A stretch of 64,000 nt of DNA from Longimicrobiales bacterium (GTDB lineage Bacteria; Gemmatimonadota; Gemmatimonadetes; Longimicrobiales; Gaopeijiaceae). Below, in pieces: positions 39,975-50,450 of the stretch. The notes under the pieces were generated by a model. The model ran no database searches and was not told the origin of the DNA. It worked only from the letters and a program-made list of their open reading frames with translations. The position numbers were made by a program, and so were the translations under genes. The stretch spans positions 416,001-480,000 of the forward strand of contig OZ250165.1 of the NCBI GenBank assembly GCA_965238005.1, in the 5' to 3' direction. Every line of letters starts with the position of its first letter. Within the stretch, counting starts at the first letter, position 1.

Positions 39975-41676
39975 ACATTCCATGAGTTCAGCGGACGGAC
40001 CGGCAAACAGGGACGGGCCCGCCGGCCTGGATCTTCTTCACGATCAGATCATGTGGAGTCGCCTTCTCTCAGTTGTCGAGGAGCAGGCCCAGACGCTCGT
40101 TCGCACGGCATTCTCCACGCCCGTGCGGGAAGCCGGCGATCTGTCCGCCGGGGTGTTCGACCTTTCCGGGCGCATGCTGGCCCAGGCCATCACCGGAACG
40201 CCCGGGCACGTGAACGCAATGGCGGAGTCGGTTGAGCACTTCCTGGAGCGCTTTCCGGTGGCGTCATTGAGGGATGGCGACGTGCTCATCACCAATGATC
40301 CCTGGAAAGGCACCGGGCACCTGAACGACTTCACCGTCGTGACGCCCACGTTCCGAAGTGGCGAAGCCGTGGCCCTGTTCGCGGCCACGAGTCACATCGC
40401 CGATGTGGGGGGACGGGGATTCGGTCCGGACGCCCACCAGGTCTTCGAGGAGGGGATCCGCATTCCTATCGGGTACCTGATGCGTGAGGGGCGGGTGGAC
40501 TCGACCCTCATGGACCTCCTGCGGGCCAACGTCCGTGATCCCGATGTGGCCGAGGGGGACCTGTACTCTCTGGTGGCCTGCAATCGCACAGGCTGTGAGC
40601 GTCTAGTTGCGATGATGGACGAATTCGGACTCGCCGAACTGGAGCGCCTTGCAGACTTCGTCATCGAACGGTCACGCCAGGCGATGCTGGAGCGGATCCG
40701 GGAGCTTCCGCCTGGGCGCTACGAAAACCGCATGCGCATAGATGGCTACGACCGTGGCATTGACCTAGTCTGTGCGTTGACAGTTTCTGCAGACGGAATC
40801 GAGGTCGACTTTGATGGCACGTCGGCGATCTCTAATCGAGGGATCAACGTCCCCCTCACCTACACGCGAGCCTACGCTTCCTTCGGAGTCCGGTGCGTCG
40901 TGGGCTCCGAAATCCCCAACAACGCGGGATCGCTCGGCACCATCCATGTCACCGCCCCGCGGGGTACGATCCTGAACGCGCCTCCGCCGTCCGCCGTGTC
41001 GGCGCGTCACGCCGTGGGACAGATGCTCCCCGATGTCGTCCTCGGGTGTCTTGGCCAGGCGCTGAAGACGCCGGTGCCCGCCGAAGGCGCGTCGTGCTTG
41101 TGGAATCCTGTGCTCATGGGCGGAGCGGGGCTCACTGGTGAGCACACCTACGGAGATGCCGAGGCGTTTGTGGTGAACCCCTTCCACACTGGTGGCACGG
41201 GTGCCAGGCCAGGAAAGGACGGCCTTTCAGCGACGGCGTTCCCTTCTGGGGTGAGGAGTACCCCCATAGAGATCACCGAGACGGTGGCCCCCCTGATTTT
41301 TTGGCGGAAGGAATACATCACCGACTCTGGGGGAGTGGGCCAGCATCGCGGAGGCCTGGGCCAGGTGATGGAGATCTCGCACGCGGACGGGGCACCTTTC
41401 ACCATTTCCAAAATGTTCGATCGTGTGAAGAATCCCGCCCGCGGTCGCGACGGAGGTGGTCCCGGCGTCACAGGACGAGTGTACGTTCGCGACGGTGAGG
41501 AGCTTCGGGGAATGGGCCGCGACGTCGTGCCTCCAGGAGGCAGGTTGGTGCTCGAGACTCCAGGGGGCGGGGGGCTTGGTGATCCGGCCGATCGGGATCC
41601 CGCTTCAGTGCGCGACGACGTGTTGAACGGGTATGTGTCGGCTGATGCAGCGAGGGACGTTTACGGGGTTAACTAA
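39967..41676 (+). CDS. Hydantoinase B / oxoprolinase subunit
   Basis: 'NDPWKGTGHLND', 'HIADVGG', 'EEGIRIP', 'TPGGGG'. Confidence 0.93.
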   Translation: MSEHSMSSADGPANRDGPAGLDLLHDQIMWSRLLSVVEEQAQTLVRTAFSTPVREAGDLSAGVFDLSGRMLAQAITGTPGHVNAMAESVEHFLERFPVASLRDGDVLITNDPWKGTGHLNDFTVVTPTFRSGEAVALFAATSHIADVGGRGFGPDAHQVFEEGIRIPIGYLMREGRVDSTLMDLLRANVRDPDVAEGDLYSLVACNRTGCERLVAMMDEFGLAELERLADFVIERSRQAMLERIRELPPGRYENRMRIDGYDRGIDLVCALTVSADGIEVDFDGTSAISNRGINVPLTYTRAYASFGVRCVVGSEIPNNAGSLGTIHVTAPRGTILNAPPPSAVSARHAVGQMLPDVVLGCLGQALKTPVPAEGASCLWNPVLMGGAGLTGEHTYGDAEAFVVNPFHTGGTGARPGKDGLSATAFPSGVRSTPIEITETVAPLIFWRKEYITDSGGVGQHRGGLGQVMEISHADGAPFTISKMFDRVKNPARGRDGGGPGVTGRVYVRDGEELRGMGRDVVPPGGRLVLETPGGGGLGDPADRDPASVRDDVLNGYVSADAARDVYGVN

Positions 41677-41725
41677 CCGGGGCGGCACATGCGCGACGAC
41701 ACACCTCCTACCTATCGAGAAATAG

Positions 41726-42049
41726 GGATAGGCTTTTTAAAGACCCTTTCCGAGTCCGGCACCCCGTTTGAGCGAGCCGAGTCCTTACCGTTGTGAGGCT
41801 GAGGTGCGGCTGAGGTGCGCGTTCGCCGTCCAGCCATGCACGGACGAGACGATCGGACGCTCACGCCCGAGCGCGATGACCTGATACCTGAGCCTGGGAT
41901 CCACCTTCGGTGGGTACCCCGGGAGCCAGCACCCCGTGATACCGGTGGCGATGGATGCGTGGCGGGTGAATGAGTAGGGCGAGTCGCTCGAGGTACTCCA
42001 GAGGAGTGAGCGAGAGAGCGACGGCGCACGGGCAGCGGCGGTAGGACAT
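41726..42049 (-). mobile_element. IS91-family remnant with oriIS-like end
   Basis: 'LTPLEYLERLALLIHPPRIHRHRYHGVLAP'; end GTCTTTAAAAAGCCTATCC. Confidence 0.75.
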
Positions 42050-42241
42050 GGTCGACGAGATGGGCGGCGGCTACCTTGGTCGACGAGCGAAAGCGCTCAG
42101 GGGTACGTTCCGCGACCCGGGAGGTTGATCATGTCGACACACCGCGATCACCTATGGGGGCGCTAGAGATCCCGAGGCCGGTTCAGTTCCGGGGTGAGCT
42201 TGGATTGGGCCCGAGAGGCCCTGAACCGATGGAGGAGACTC

Positions 42242-42907
42242 ATGCGGATCAATCAGGCAAGTCGTTGGCGCCGGGATGGGAGCTCTCTACCCGTGGTCGC
42301 GATTGCGGCTGTGGGGATCGTTCTGGGATTCGGTACGGGCCGGGAGGTAGCCGCCCAGGATCCCAATCCGCTGGGAACCGCTCTGCACGCCGTGTCTCGC
42401 CGGGTCGAGACTGTCTCTCCACGAAGCGGGCGAGCCGGAACGGTCGTCACCCTCCGGGCGACCGGCATGCCGGCGATCACCCCCGTACGGATCGGCCTTG
42501 GGGCCACCGAAGTGGGCTTCGAGGAGATCGGCCAGGCCATGACCACCGATAGCGGTGAGCTCTCTTTGACGGTGACGGTCCCGTCTTGGACGAAACCCGA
42601 CCTGACTCACGTCTTCATCGTCTTCGACTTCTACTTCGTCCCGATCGCCGTGTCGGAGGAGTTCTTCGTGCTCGCTCCGGATGGAACCGTGGTGAGGCAA
42701 GGTCGGATCACGAACGGAGTCGGGGACTGCTCGGCGCCCGGGTTGCTGACCGACCAGGGTGTGCTCTACACCCTGGCGGGGAACCTCTCGGGTTTCGGTG
42801 CCGGGGACCGCGTCATCGTCGAGGGGGGCATCGCCGAATCGGCACTTTGCCCGGGGGATGCCACGATCGAAGTCCTCCGGATACGGCCCGGTGAAGCGAA
42901 TCCATAG
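42242..42907 (+). CDS. Secreted protein, Ig-like domain plus DUF5818-like OB domain
   Basis: GGAGG RBS, signal peptide; 'GRIT..C..L.TDQG..YTL.G..G.RV.VEG..C'. Confidence 0.65.
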   Translation: MRINQASRWRRDGSSLPVVAIAAVGIVLGFGTGREVAAQDPNPLGTALHAVSRRVETVSPRSGRAGTVVTLRATGMPAITPVRIGLGATEVGFEEIGQAMTTDSGELSLTVTVPSWTKPDLTHVFIVFDFYFVPIAVSEEFFVLAPDGTVVRQGRITNGVGDCSAPGLLTDQGVLYTLAGNLSGFGAGDRVIVEGGIAESALCPGDATIEVLRIRPGEANP

Positions 42908-43021
42908 ACGGATCGGGTGCCTGCTCCTCGGCGTCGCGTTCCAGCGGGAAACGACATCGTCCTTGTTTCTGCAAGAACACATCCCGTAGACGATCCCAAG
43001 AGCGCTGGGAGGACTTCGGTC

Positions 43022-43555
43022 CTAGGTGGGTCGGATTCCCAGAACCTGAATCCCGACGCCTTCTGGACACGCGGGGTCTTCCATGTGGATCCCGGTCACC
43101 TGCACGGTCGTACCGGGCGGGTACTCTTGCGTCAACGCGGTGAGGGCGTAGAGGCGGTCTTCCGAACTGCGCATTGCCGTGCAGGCCGTTCCCTCGTCCG
43201 TGATTCGCCCCTCGATCGTGAAGATGCCGTCTTCGTCAGCCACGTGGAACTCGCCGGAGAACGCGAAGGGTTGCTGTCGCTCGTCGTCGTGCGCGAGGAA
43301 GAAGAAGTGCTTGAGATCTTGCGTGGCCCACGACGGGATTTGGACGGTTGTGATCAGATACCCATTCGGGTCGGTGACGACCCGACCGAGCAGCTCCTGG
43401 TTTCCGCGCAACGCTCCAAAGCCGATGTAGACTGAGGTCTCTGGAGGGAGCCGATTCATCTCGACCGTCACCAGCTGTCCAGGCGGACCCGCAGGAGGAG
43501 ATATGGAAGGTCCCATCTCCTGTACGCGGGGTCGGTCTGGTCTCGAGACAAGCAT
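43022..43555 (-). CDS. Paralog of 42242-42907
   Basis: 'ISPPAGPPG', 'TVQIPSW', 'EGRITDEGTAC..LYAL..C'. Confidence 0.65.
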   Translation of the reverse strand: MLVSRPDRPRVQEMGPSISPPAGPPGQLVTVEMNRLPPETSVYIGFGALRGNQELLGRVVTDPNGYLITTVQIPSWATQDLKHFFFLAHDDERQQPFAFSGEFHVADEDGIFTIEGRITDEGTACTAMRSSEDRLYALTALTQEYPPGTTVQVTGIHMEDPACPEGVGIQVLGIRPT

Positions 43556-43807
43556 GCGAGTTCCTTCGCGTGGGCGCACGGAGGACTATCGAGCCGGCCG
43601 CGAAGCGGTGGGGGCCAGCGGCGGGAAGATCGCATCACGGGGCAAACATATCAAGCGAAACGCGAGGCGACGACGCCTGCTCTCACTGAACCGTGAAAAG
43701 GCCAGTAATCTCGCAGCAGACGGGGTTTTCCCCACCCCCAGAGGTCTTGCCCCGTTTTGGCTGAGGTCCTAACCTGATAATGGATAAAACTCAGGAAGCG
43801 AGACACT

Positions 43808-46282
43808 ATGAAGGCACTCGTTTCGGCCCCCATCGTACTGGGCACGTTGCTACTGCTCGTTGGACAAACGGCTAGTACCGATCCCTCTGGAGGGGCCACG
43901 AGTAATGCCCTCGCGGGGCTTTCAGCCCTACCCGCCTCGGGCGCGGCACACGCAACTTTGGGCCTCGGCACCTACAGTGGTGAGGCCGCCGATCTGACCC
44001 CCGAAGAGCTGACTGCCGTCGTCCGGCAGTACTGCCAGGTCTGCCACAACAACGTGATGTTGACCGGCAACCTGTCGCTCGAGGAATTCGCCGTAGAGAC
44101 GGTAACGGAGTCGGTGGAGACGGGCGAGAAGATGATCCGCAAGCTGCGGGCAGGTATGATGCCGCCTCCGGGCATGCCTCGACCCGGAGCCGACACGTTG
44201 TTGGCTGTAGTCGAAACGCTGGAAAACGAGATCGACGCCGCGGCCGCTCTGAATCCGAACCCGGGCATCCGGACGTTCCCGAGGCTCAACCGCCCAGAGT
44301 ACGAGAGTATGATCTACGACCTCCTGGCACTCGAAGTGAATGCCGGAGATTGGCTGCCTCTCGACACCAAGAGTGAAAACTTCGACAACATCGCGGACGC
44401 CCAGGCGCTTTCGCCGACGCTGCTGGAGGCCTACCTGAACGCGGCGACTGAGATCAGCCTCTTAGGGGTCGGCGATGCCGACGCGCCGGCGGTCAACACG
44501 ACGTACAGCAACGCCGAATACATCTCGCAGCATCCGTGGGATCACGTCGAGGGAGCTCCGTTCGGGACGCGTGGCGGGATGGTTGTCGACCACATCTTCC
44601 CGGCTGACGCGGAGTACTTCCTCGAGATGACGTTCCGCGCGGGGAGTAACTCCCGCCTCCATGATATCGACGTTTCGATCGATGGTGAGAGCGTCGCGAC
44701 CCTGCACTACGAGGGGTTTGAGCGGGGCGTTGCATTGCGGACCGATCCGATCTTCCTGAGAGCTGGGCAACACAAGGTGTCCGTTGCCTTCATCAGGCAG
44801 GCTGAGGGCCCATACGAAGATTTGATCCGCCCACACGTCTGGGCTTTGGCCGGTGGCGGATCGGGGGGCGCGGGCGTCACGACCCTGCCTCACCTGAGGG
44901 ACCTGGTCGTCGGTGGGCCCTTTAACGCCACCGGGGTTTCGGAGACGCCCAGCCGCCGGAAGATCTTTGTCTGCCGCCCGACGGCGGCCAGTGAAGAAGA
45001 AAGGTGCGCCAGAGAGATCATCTCGAACCTCGTAACCAAGGCGTACCGTCGTCCGGCCACGACCGAGGACGTCGATGGCCTGATGATGTTCTACGATTCC
45101 GGCTCCGAGGACGGGACGTTCGAAGACGGAGTGAGGACCGCCCTGGAAGCGATCTTGGCGAGCCCCCACTTCGTGTTCAGGATCGAGCGCGAGATGGACG
45201 TCACGCCGGGAGAGAACTATCGGCTGAGCGATGTCGACCTCGCCAACAGACTATCGTTCTTCCTGTGGGGCAGCCCCCCGGACGAAGAGCTGCTCTCACT
45301 CGCTTCCCGCGGTGAGCTTCGGGAGGGTGGAGGGCTCGAGCGGAAGGCAAGGCGGATGCTCTCGGATCCACGCTCCGAGGCGCTTGGTTCTCGCTTCGTA
45401 GCGCAGTGGTTCCGGCTTCAGGATCTGTACAAGAACCACCCAGACCCGAACTTCTTCCCGAACTTCGACGAGAACCTCGCCGATGCGATGGCGAAGGAAA
45501 CGGAGATGTTCTTCGTCAATCTGGTCCGCGAGGACCGGAGTGTCTTCGAGCTTTACAACGCAGACTACACCTTCGTGAATGAGCGTCTGGCCCGGCACTA
45601 TGGGTATCCGGACGAGGCAGGTGACCACTTCCGCCGCGTACAGTCCGACCCGAACCGCAGGGGCATCTTCGGGCATGGCAGCATTCTCGTGCTGACGGCG
45701 TTCCCCAACCGGACCTCTCCGGTGTTGCGAGGGAAGTGGGTGATGGAAGTACTGCTCGGTACACCGCCGCCACCGCCTCCGCCGGGTGTGCCCGACCTGG
45801 AGGCAACCGAGGGCTCGGAGGGCGGGAGGATGCTTACGACCCGCGAGCGAATGGAGACGCACCGCGCGAATCCAGTGTGTCAGTCTTGCCACAAGTACAT
45901 GGACCCCATGGGCTTGGCCTTGGACAACTTCGACGTCACCGGGCAGTGGCGGGTTCGGGAGAACGGCCAACCGCTCGACACGCGGGGTGAGCTCTACGAC
46001 GGAACCCCGCTCTCGAATCCCGCCGATTTGGTTGAAGCCCTCCTGAACCGACCCATACCGCTGGTGAGGACCTTCACGCTGAACCTCATGGCGTATGCGA
46101 TGGGTCGGCGCATAGAGTACACGGACCAGCCGGCGCTCCGGAAGATCGTCAAAGAGGCCGAGGAGGACGGATACAGGATGTCGTCCTTCATTATGGCAGT
46201 AGTAAACAGTGAGCCCTTCCAGATGAAGCGGGCGGTAGCTGTGGCGGAAGATGCAGAAGTCAACGGAAACGATCGGCAGTAA
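43808..46282 (+). CDS. DUF1592/DUF1588/DUF1587-type (PSD/PSC) cytochrome c protein
   Basis: 'CQVCH', 'RLNRPEY', 'LANRLSFFLW', 'TSPVLRGKW', 'CQSCH'. Confidence 0.9.
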   Translation: MKALVSAPIVLGTLLLLVGQTASTDPSGGATSNALAGLSALPASGAAHATLGLGTYSGEAADLTPEELTAVVRQYCQVCHNNVMLTGNLSLEEFAVETVTESVETGEKMIRKLRAGMMPPPGMPRPGADTLLAVVETLENEIDAAAALNPNPGIRTFPRLNRPEYESMIYDLLALEVNAGDWLPLDTKSENFDNIADAQALSPTLLEAYLNAATEISLLGVGDADAPAVNTTYSNAEYISQHPWDHVEGAPFGTRGGMVVDHIFPADAEYFLEMTFRAGSNSRLHDIDVSIDGESVATLHYEGFERGVALRTDPIFLRAGQHKVSVAFIRQAEGPYEDLIRPHVWALAGGGSGGAGVTTLPHLRDLVVGGPFNATGVSETPSRRKIFVCRPTAASEEERCAREIISNLVTKAYRRPATTEDVDGLMMFYDSGSEDGTFEDGVRTALEAILASPHFVFRIEREMDVTPGENYRLSDVDLANRLSFFLWGSPPDEELLSLASRGELREGGGLERKARRMLSDPRSEALGSRFVAQWFRLQDLYKNHPDPNFFPNFDENLADAMAKETEMFFVNLVREDRSVFELYNADYTFVNERLARHYGYPDEAGDHFRRVQSDPNRRGIFGHGSILVLTAFPNRTSPVLRGKWVMEVLLGTPPPPPPPGVPDLEATEGSEGGRMLTTRERMETHRANPVCQSCHKYMDPMGLALDNFDVTGQWRVRENGQPLDTRGELYDGTPLSNPADLVEALLNRPIPLVRTFTLNLMAYAMGRRIEYTDQPALRKIVKEAEEDGYRMSSFIMAVVNSEPFQMKRAVAVAEDAEVNGNDRQ

Positions 46283-46308
46283 CGAACACGTACGAGGAGA
46301 CTGAAACG

Positions 46309-47760
46309 ATGCATTTCATCACTGGGAAACACCTGTCCCGCCGGACGTTCCTCCACGGGATGGGAGCGACAGTGGGGATGGGGTTGCCGTTCCTCGACGT
46401 GATGGTTCCTGCCGGACGTGCCGGACGTGTCTGGGGGAAAAAGGACCGTGCGTCGTCCGCAGCGGACGAGCGGACGCGTCTGGTCTGTATCGAGGAGGTG
46501 CACGGGCTTCCCGGCTGTAACGAGTGGGGTGCGACCCAAAGCCTCTTCGCCCCCGCGACCGCGGGGCGCGACTTCGAGTTGCTGCCCGAGAACGCATTGA
46601 GTCCCCTGCGGGACTTTCAGGATTACATGACTATTGTCAGCAACACTGACGTGCGTAACGCGGAGGCGTTGGCCACACCCGAGATCGGCGGTGACCACTT
46701 CCGCTCGAGCGCCGTGTTCCTGACGCAGTCCCACCCCAAGCAGACACAGGGCTCGGACCTGTGGGTAGGGACGTCGCTCGACCAGATGTATGCGCAGCGC
46801 TTCGGCCAGGACACACCGTTGCCCTCGATGCAGTTCTGCATCGAAAACCTCGATCAGGCTGGTGGCTGCACGTACAACTACTCGTGCGCGTACACGGACT
46901 CGATCAGCTGGGCGACGCCCAGCGAGCCGCTCCCCATGATCCGTGACCCGCGGGTCGCCTTCGACCTGCTGTTCGGTGCGGGCGGCACGGAGGAGGAGCG
47001 CACGGCACGACGGCAGAGTCGCCGCAGTATCCTCGACTGGATCAAGGACGAGATCGAGTCTCTGGAGAGGCAGTTGGGTGCGGTCGACCGTGCACGCATG
47101 GAACAGTATCTGAACAATGTGCGCGAGATCGAGCGCCGGATCGCCATGATCGAGGAGCGCAACAGCAGCGGCGAGGCCCGGGAGCTGCCCGAGGCCCCGG
47201 CGGGCGTGCCGGACTCGTTCGCGGAGCATACAAGGCTGATGTACGACCTCCAGGTGCTCGCGCTCGAGACGAACATGACCCGTATCACGAGCTTCAAGCT
47301 CGGACGCGACGCCAACAACCGTGCGCACCCCGAGAGCGGCTCGGCCAAGTCGTTCCATCCCGCGTCTCACCACGGTGGCAAGGAAGAGGCGATCTTGGAG
47401 TTCAACAAGATCTGCCAATACCGGATGGGGACGCTCCCGTACTTCCTGGAGAAGATGCAGAACACCATGGAAGGCGATCAGAGCTTGCTCGACAAAACGA
47501 TGATTATCTGGGGATCGCCGATGGCCGACGCCAACCTCCACAATCACCGGCGGTGCCCGCTCGTCCTGCTCGGCGGTGCCAACGGCGAGCTGGAGGGGAA
47601 CCTCCATCTCAAGGCGCCTGACGACATGCCAATGGCGAACGTGATGCTGACCCTGCTGCACAAGCTCGGGTTGGACGACTTGACGCAGTTCGGGGACTCT
47701 ACCGGCGAGTTCTCGCTGAGCTATAGCGGTGACGTCGCGGAAGCACAGAGAAACGGCTAG
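46309..47760 (+). CDS. DUF1552 (HXXSHH) protein with Tat signal
   Basis: 'LSRRTFL', 'YSCAYTDSISW', 'FHPASHH'. Confidence 0.9.
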   Translation: MHFITGKHLSRRTFLHGMGATVGMGLPFLDVMVPAGRAGRVWGKKDRASSAADERTRLVCIEEVHGLPGCNEWGATQSLFAPATAGRDFELLPENALSPLRDFQDYMTIVSNTDVRNAEALATPEIGGDHFRSSAVFLTQSHPKQTQGSDLWVGTSLDQMYAQRFGQDTPLPSMQFCIENLDQAGGCTYNYSCAYTDSISWATPSEPLPMIRDPRVAFDLLFGAGGTEEERTARRQSRRSILDWIKDEIESLERQLGAVDRARMEQYLNNVREIERRIAMIEERNSSGEARELPEAPAGVPDSFAEHTRLMYDLQVLALETNMTRITSFKLGRDANNRAHPESGSAKSFHPASHHGGKEEAILEFNKICQYRMGTLPYFLEKMQNTMEGDQSLLDKTMIIWGSPMADANLHNHRRCPLVLLGGANGELEGNLHLKAPDDMPMANVMLTLLHKLGLDDLTQFGDSTGEFSLSYSGDVAEAQRNG

Positions 47761-47764
47761 AGAC

Positions 47765-49735
47765 ATGGCAAAGACAGTAAAGAAACCTGGTGCCCGTGTA
47801 AGCTCCTTGGGTGCTCTGGGCCTGGCCGTGCTGCTCGTGTCTCTCGCGCCGGCCGAGTCACCGGTCGCGGATGCCGCGATGCGGGGGCAGACGGACGTGG
47901 TACGGTCGCTCCTCTCGGAGGGCGCCGACGTCAATGCCGCCCACGGCGATGGGATGACCGCGCTGCATTGGGCGGCCGAGCGTGGGGACGCCGAGATGGC
48001 GGAGATGCTGATCTACAGCGGCGGAAGCGTGTACGCTGTCACCCGCATCGGTCAGTACACTCCCCTGCACTTGGCCAGCAGGTCGGGTAGCGATCGAGTC
48101 GTAGGGATGCTGATCGACGCCGACGCCGACGTGGCCGCCACGACGACGAACAGCGGCGCGACACCATTGCACGTGGCGGCGGCCTCCGGCAATGCGAAGT
48201 CCGTGGCCATGCTTGTGGAAAACGGCGCGGATATGAACGCCCGGGAATCCGCATGGCAACAAACACCCCTGATCTTCGCCGCGTCGCTGAATCGGGTGGA
48301 GGTGATCAAAGAGCTGCTCGATCGGGGCGCCGACCCGGGGATCACGAGTGAGGTGATGGACCTCCAGCTGCAGGGCCGCCTGGATCGCGCGGCTTCTCAG
48401 CGCTACACCGAGGCCCTCTCCGGCTTCCAGCAAGGGGAGGAGACGACGCTCTCCTCCCAGACCGTCTCTTCGGCCCGGGTCGGTGTGCGAGCCCGCGTCC
48501 GCACGCCGGGTGAGATGGAGGCAGCGACGCTAGCGGCGAGGAAGGTATACGAATCCGGCGTGGTCCCGGAGGGCCAGGGTGACGATCCGAGAGGCAGTGG
48601 TGGAGAGTCGAACATCGAACACCAGGGGGGTCTCACTCCCCTTCTTCATGCGGTTCGGCAGGGGTACCTCGAAGCCACCGAAGCGCTGCTCGACGGAGGT
48701 GCCGACATCAATCAGGTGAGCGCGGGTGACGGTACCAGCCCACTGCTCATGGCGACGATCAATAGTCAGTACGACGCGGCGCTTCTCCTGATCGAGCGTG
48801 GTGCGGATCCGAACATCGCGTCGAGCTTGAACGGGATTGCCCCGCTTTGGGCGACCATCAATTCACGTTGGCAGCCCCGTACTCGGTTTCCACAACCGCA
48901 GCAGCAGGGACAACAGAATTCGGCGTATCTGGACGTGACGAAGGCGCTTCTCGAGGCTGGAGCCGATCCGGACGCACGGACCACGAAGCATCCCTGGTAT
49001 ATGGTCTACTCGGGATGTGGAAACAGAAACTGTGGCCTCGTCAACACCTGGGGTGCGACGGCGTTTTGGCGTGCCGCGTACGGAACGGACGTGCGGGCCA
49101 TGCGGCTACTCGTCGAATACGGCGCGGATCCGCATGTGGCGACGATCAAGCCGCCGCCGCGGCGACGCTTCAATCGTGACCAAGGGAACGCCAGGGGGAA
49201 TAATCCCGGTGAGGTGAGCGACTCCGCTCGTGTGGCCCGCCTCGCGGCACCGTGGTTCCTCCAGTCGGGGTTCAAGCCGGAAGAGGAGAAGAAGCCTGAC
49301 TCCGACGATGGCGGCGAAGGTCAGGGAGACCAGTCCGGCTTGCCGCCGGTGGAGGAAGGTGGACCGGGCGTGTGGCCCATGCACGCGGCGTCCGGCGTCG
49401 GATATGGTGAGGGCTATGCGGGTAACGCCCACCGGCATGCGCCCAACGGCTGGCTGTCCTCGGTGAGGTACCTCGTCGAGGAGTTGGGCGTCGACGTGAA
49501 CCAGAGGGATCACAGCGGTTACACCGCGATGCACCATGCGGCCGCCCGGGGGGATACCGAGTTGATCCTCTACCTCGTGGAAATGGGCGGAGACGTGATG
49601 GTGGTGAGTAGGGCCGGGCAGACGACGGTGGACATGGCGAACGGACCTGTGTCCCGCGTCTCACCGTACCCTGAGGCCATTGCCCTTTTGGAGAGCCTCG
49701 GCGCCGTCAACAACCACGATTGTAAGTCATGCTGA
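47765..49735 (+). CDS. Secreted ankyrin-repeat protein
   Basis: Multiple 'G.T(P/A)LH.AA' repeats; C-terminal 'NNHDCKSC'. Confidence 0.9.
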   Translation: MAKTVKKPGARVSSLGALGLAVLLVSLAPAESPVADAAMRGQTDVVRSLLSEGADVNAAHGDGMTALHWAAERGDAEMAEMLIYSGGSVYAVTRIGQYTPLHLASRSGSDRVVGMLIDADADVAATTTNSGATPLHVAAASGNAKSVAMLVENGADMNARESAWQQTPLIFAASLNRVEVIKELLDRGADPGITSEVMDLQLQGRLDRAASQRYTEALSGFQQGEETTLSSQTVSSARVGVRARVRTPGEMEAATLAARKVYESGVVPEGQGDDPRGSGGESNIEHQGGLTPLLHAVRQGYLEATEALLDGGADINQVSAGDGTSPLLMATINSQYDAALLLIERGADPNIASSLNGIAPLWATINSRWQPRTRFPQPQQQGQQNSAYLDVTKALLEAGADPDARTTKHPWYMVYSGCGNRNCGLVNTWGATAFWRAAYGTDVRAMRLLVEYGADPHVATIKPPPRRRFNRDQGNARGNNPGEVSDSARVARLAAPWFLQSGFKPEEEKKPDSDDGGEGQGDQSGLPPVEEGGPGVWPMHAASGVGYGEGYAGNAHRHAPNGWLSSVRYLVEELGVDVNQRDHSGYTAMHHAAARGDTELILYLVEMGGDVMVVSRAGQTTVDMANGPVSRVSPYPEAIALLESLGAVNNHDCKSC

Positions 49736-49741
49736 TGTAGC

Positions 49742-49768
49742 GACCCTCGCGGTCTCCACGAGGCGTCT
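49742..49768. terminator. Hairpin between convergent genes
   Basis: GAC-CCTCG..CGAGG-C-GTC. Confidence 0.35.
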
Positions 49769-49806
49769 GCAAAGTGACCGAGCCCACGCATCAAGTTCTC
49801 GTCCGC

Positions 49807-50289
49807 TCACTTAAGACACTCAAGATCCGGGCCATCGACGAAGGCTCTATGGCAGTTTCGGCAGGAACCATCCACCGCCGTCACGGCCTCCTCCACGGCG
49901 CCGATATCCCCCGCGTAGACGGCGTCCAGCAGACCACTCGCGGCGTCCTGGAGACCCTTCAAGACTTCCCGGAATTCATCCGCATCCTGCCAGATCTCGT
50001 CCTTGGCACGAGAATCGTCCCCACCGGAGCCCTCCGGAAAGATGTCGGTCGCCATGACCGCGAGCCGTTGGAGCGCCGTAGCGTGAGCCAGGATGTGGCT
50101 GCGATACCCGACTTCGTCATCCACGATCTGGGTGACCGCGCATTGGTGTGCGGCGAGTCCCTGCATCACCGACTGACGGTACTCCACTATCGGTGACGCG
50201 TCGTCCTGCGCCGTGGCGCTGGTCGGCGAAACGAGGGCGAGGGCGCCCAGAAGGGCTCCTGACACGAACCTCATCGATGTAAGCGTCAC
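49807..50289 (-). CDS. Cytochrome c' / c556 (class II)
   Basis: Signal peptide, 'YRQSVM', 'FPEGS..SRAKDEIW', C-terminal 'SCRNCH'. Confidence 0.88.
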   Translation of the reverse strand: MTLTSMRFVSGALLGALALVSPTSATAQDDASPIVEYRQSVMQGLAAHQCAVTQIVDDEVGYRSHILAHATALQRLAVMATDIFPEGSGGDDSRAKDEIWQDADEFREVLKGLQDAASGLLDAVYAGDIGAVEEAVTAVDGSCRNCHRAFVDGPDLECLK

Positions 50290-50450
50290 AGTCGTTCTCC
50301 CGCTGATTGTTTAGCGGCTCCAACTCGATGGCACGAGGACATCGACCGACGGCGGCCGTCCGGATCGACCGTAGTCTCTGGGACACTACTGCCCCGTCAT
50401 CACCATGCTCACCCAAGCAGTAACTGCGTTTGCTGATACCGCCTGTGCCC

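Noticed and set aside
45994..47934. Long antisense ORFs (also 25730-27208, 50865-52463, 62238-63623, 871-1905)
   Set aside because: Shadow frames of well-supported genes in high-GC DNA, with no recognisable motifs
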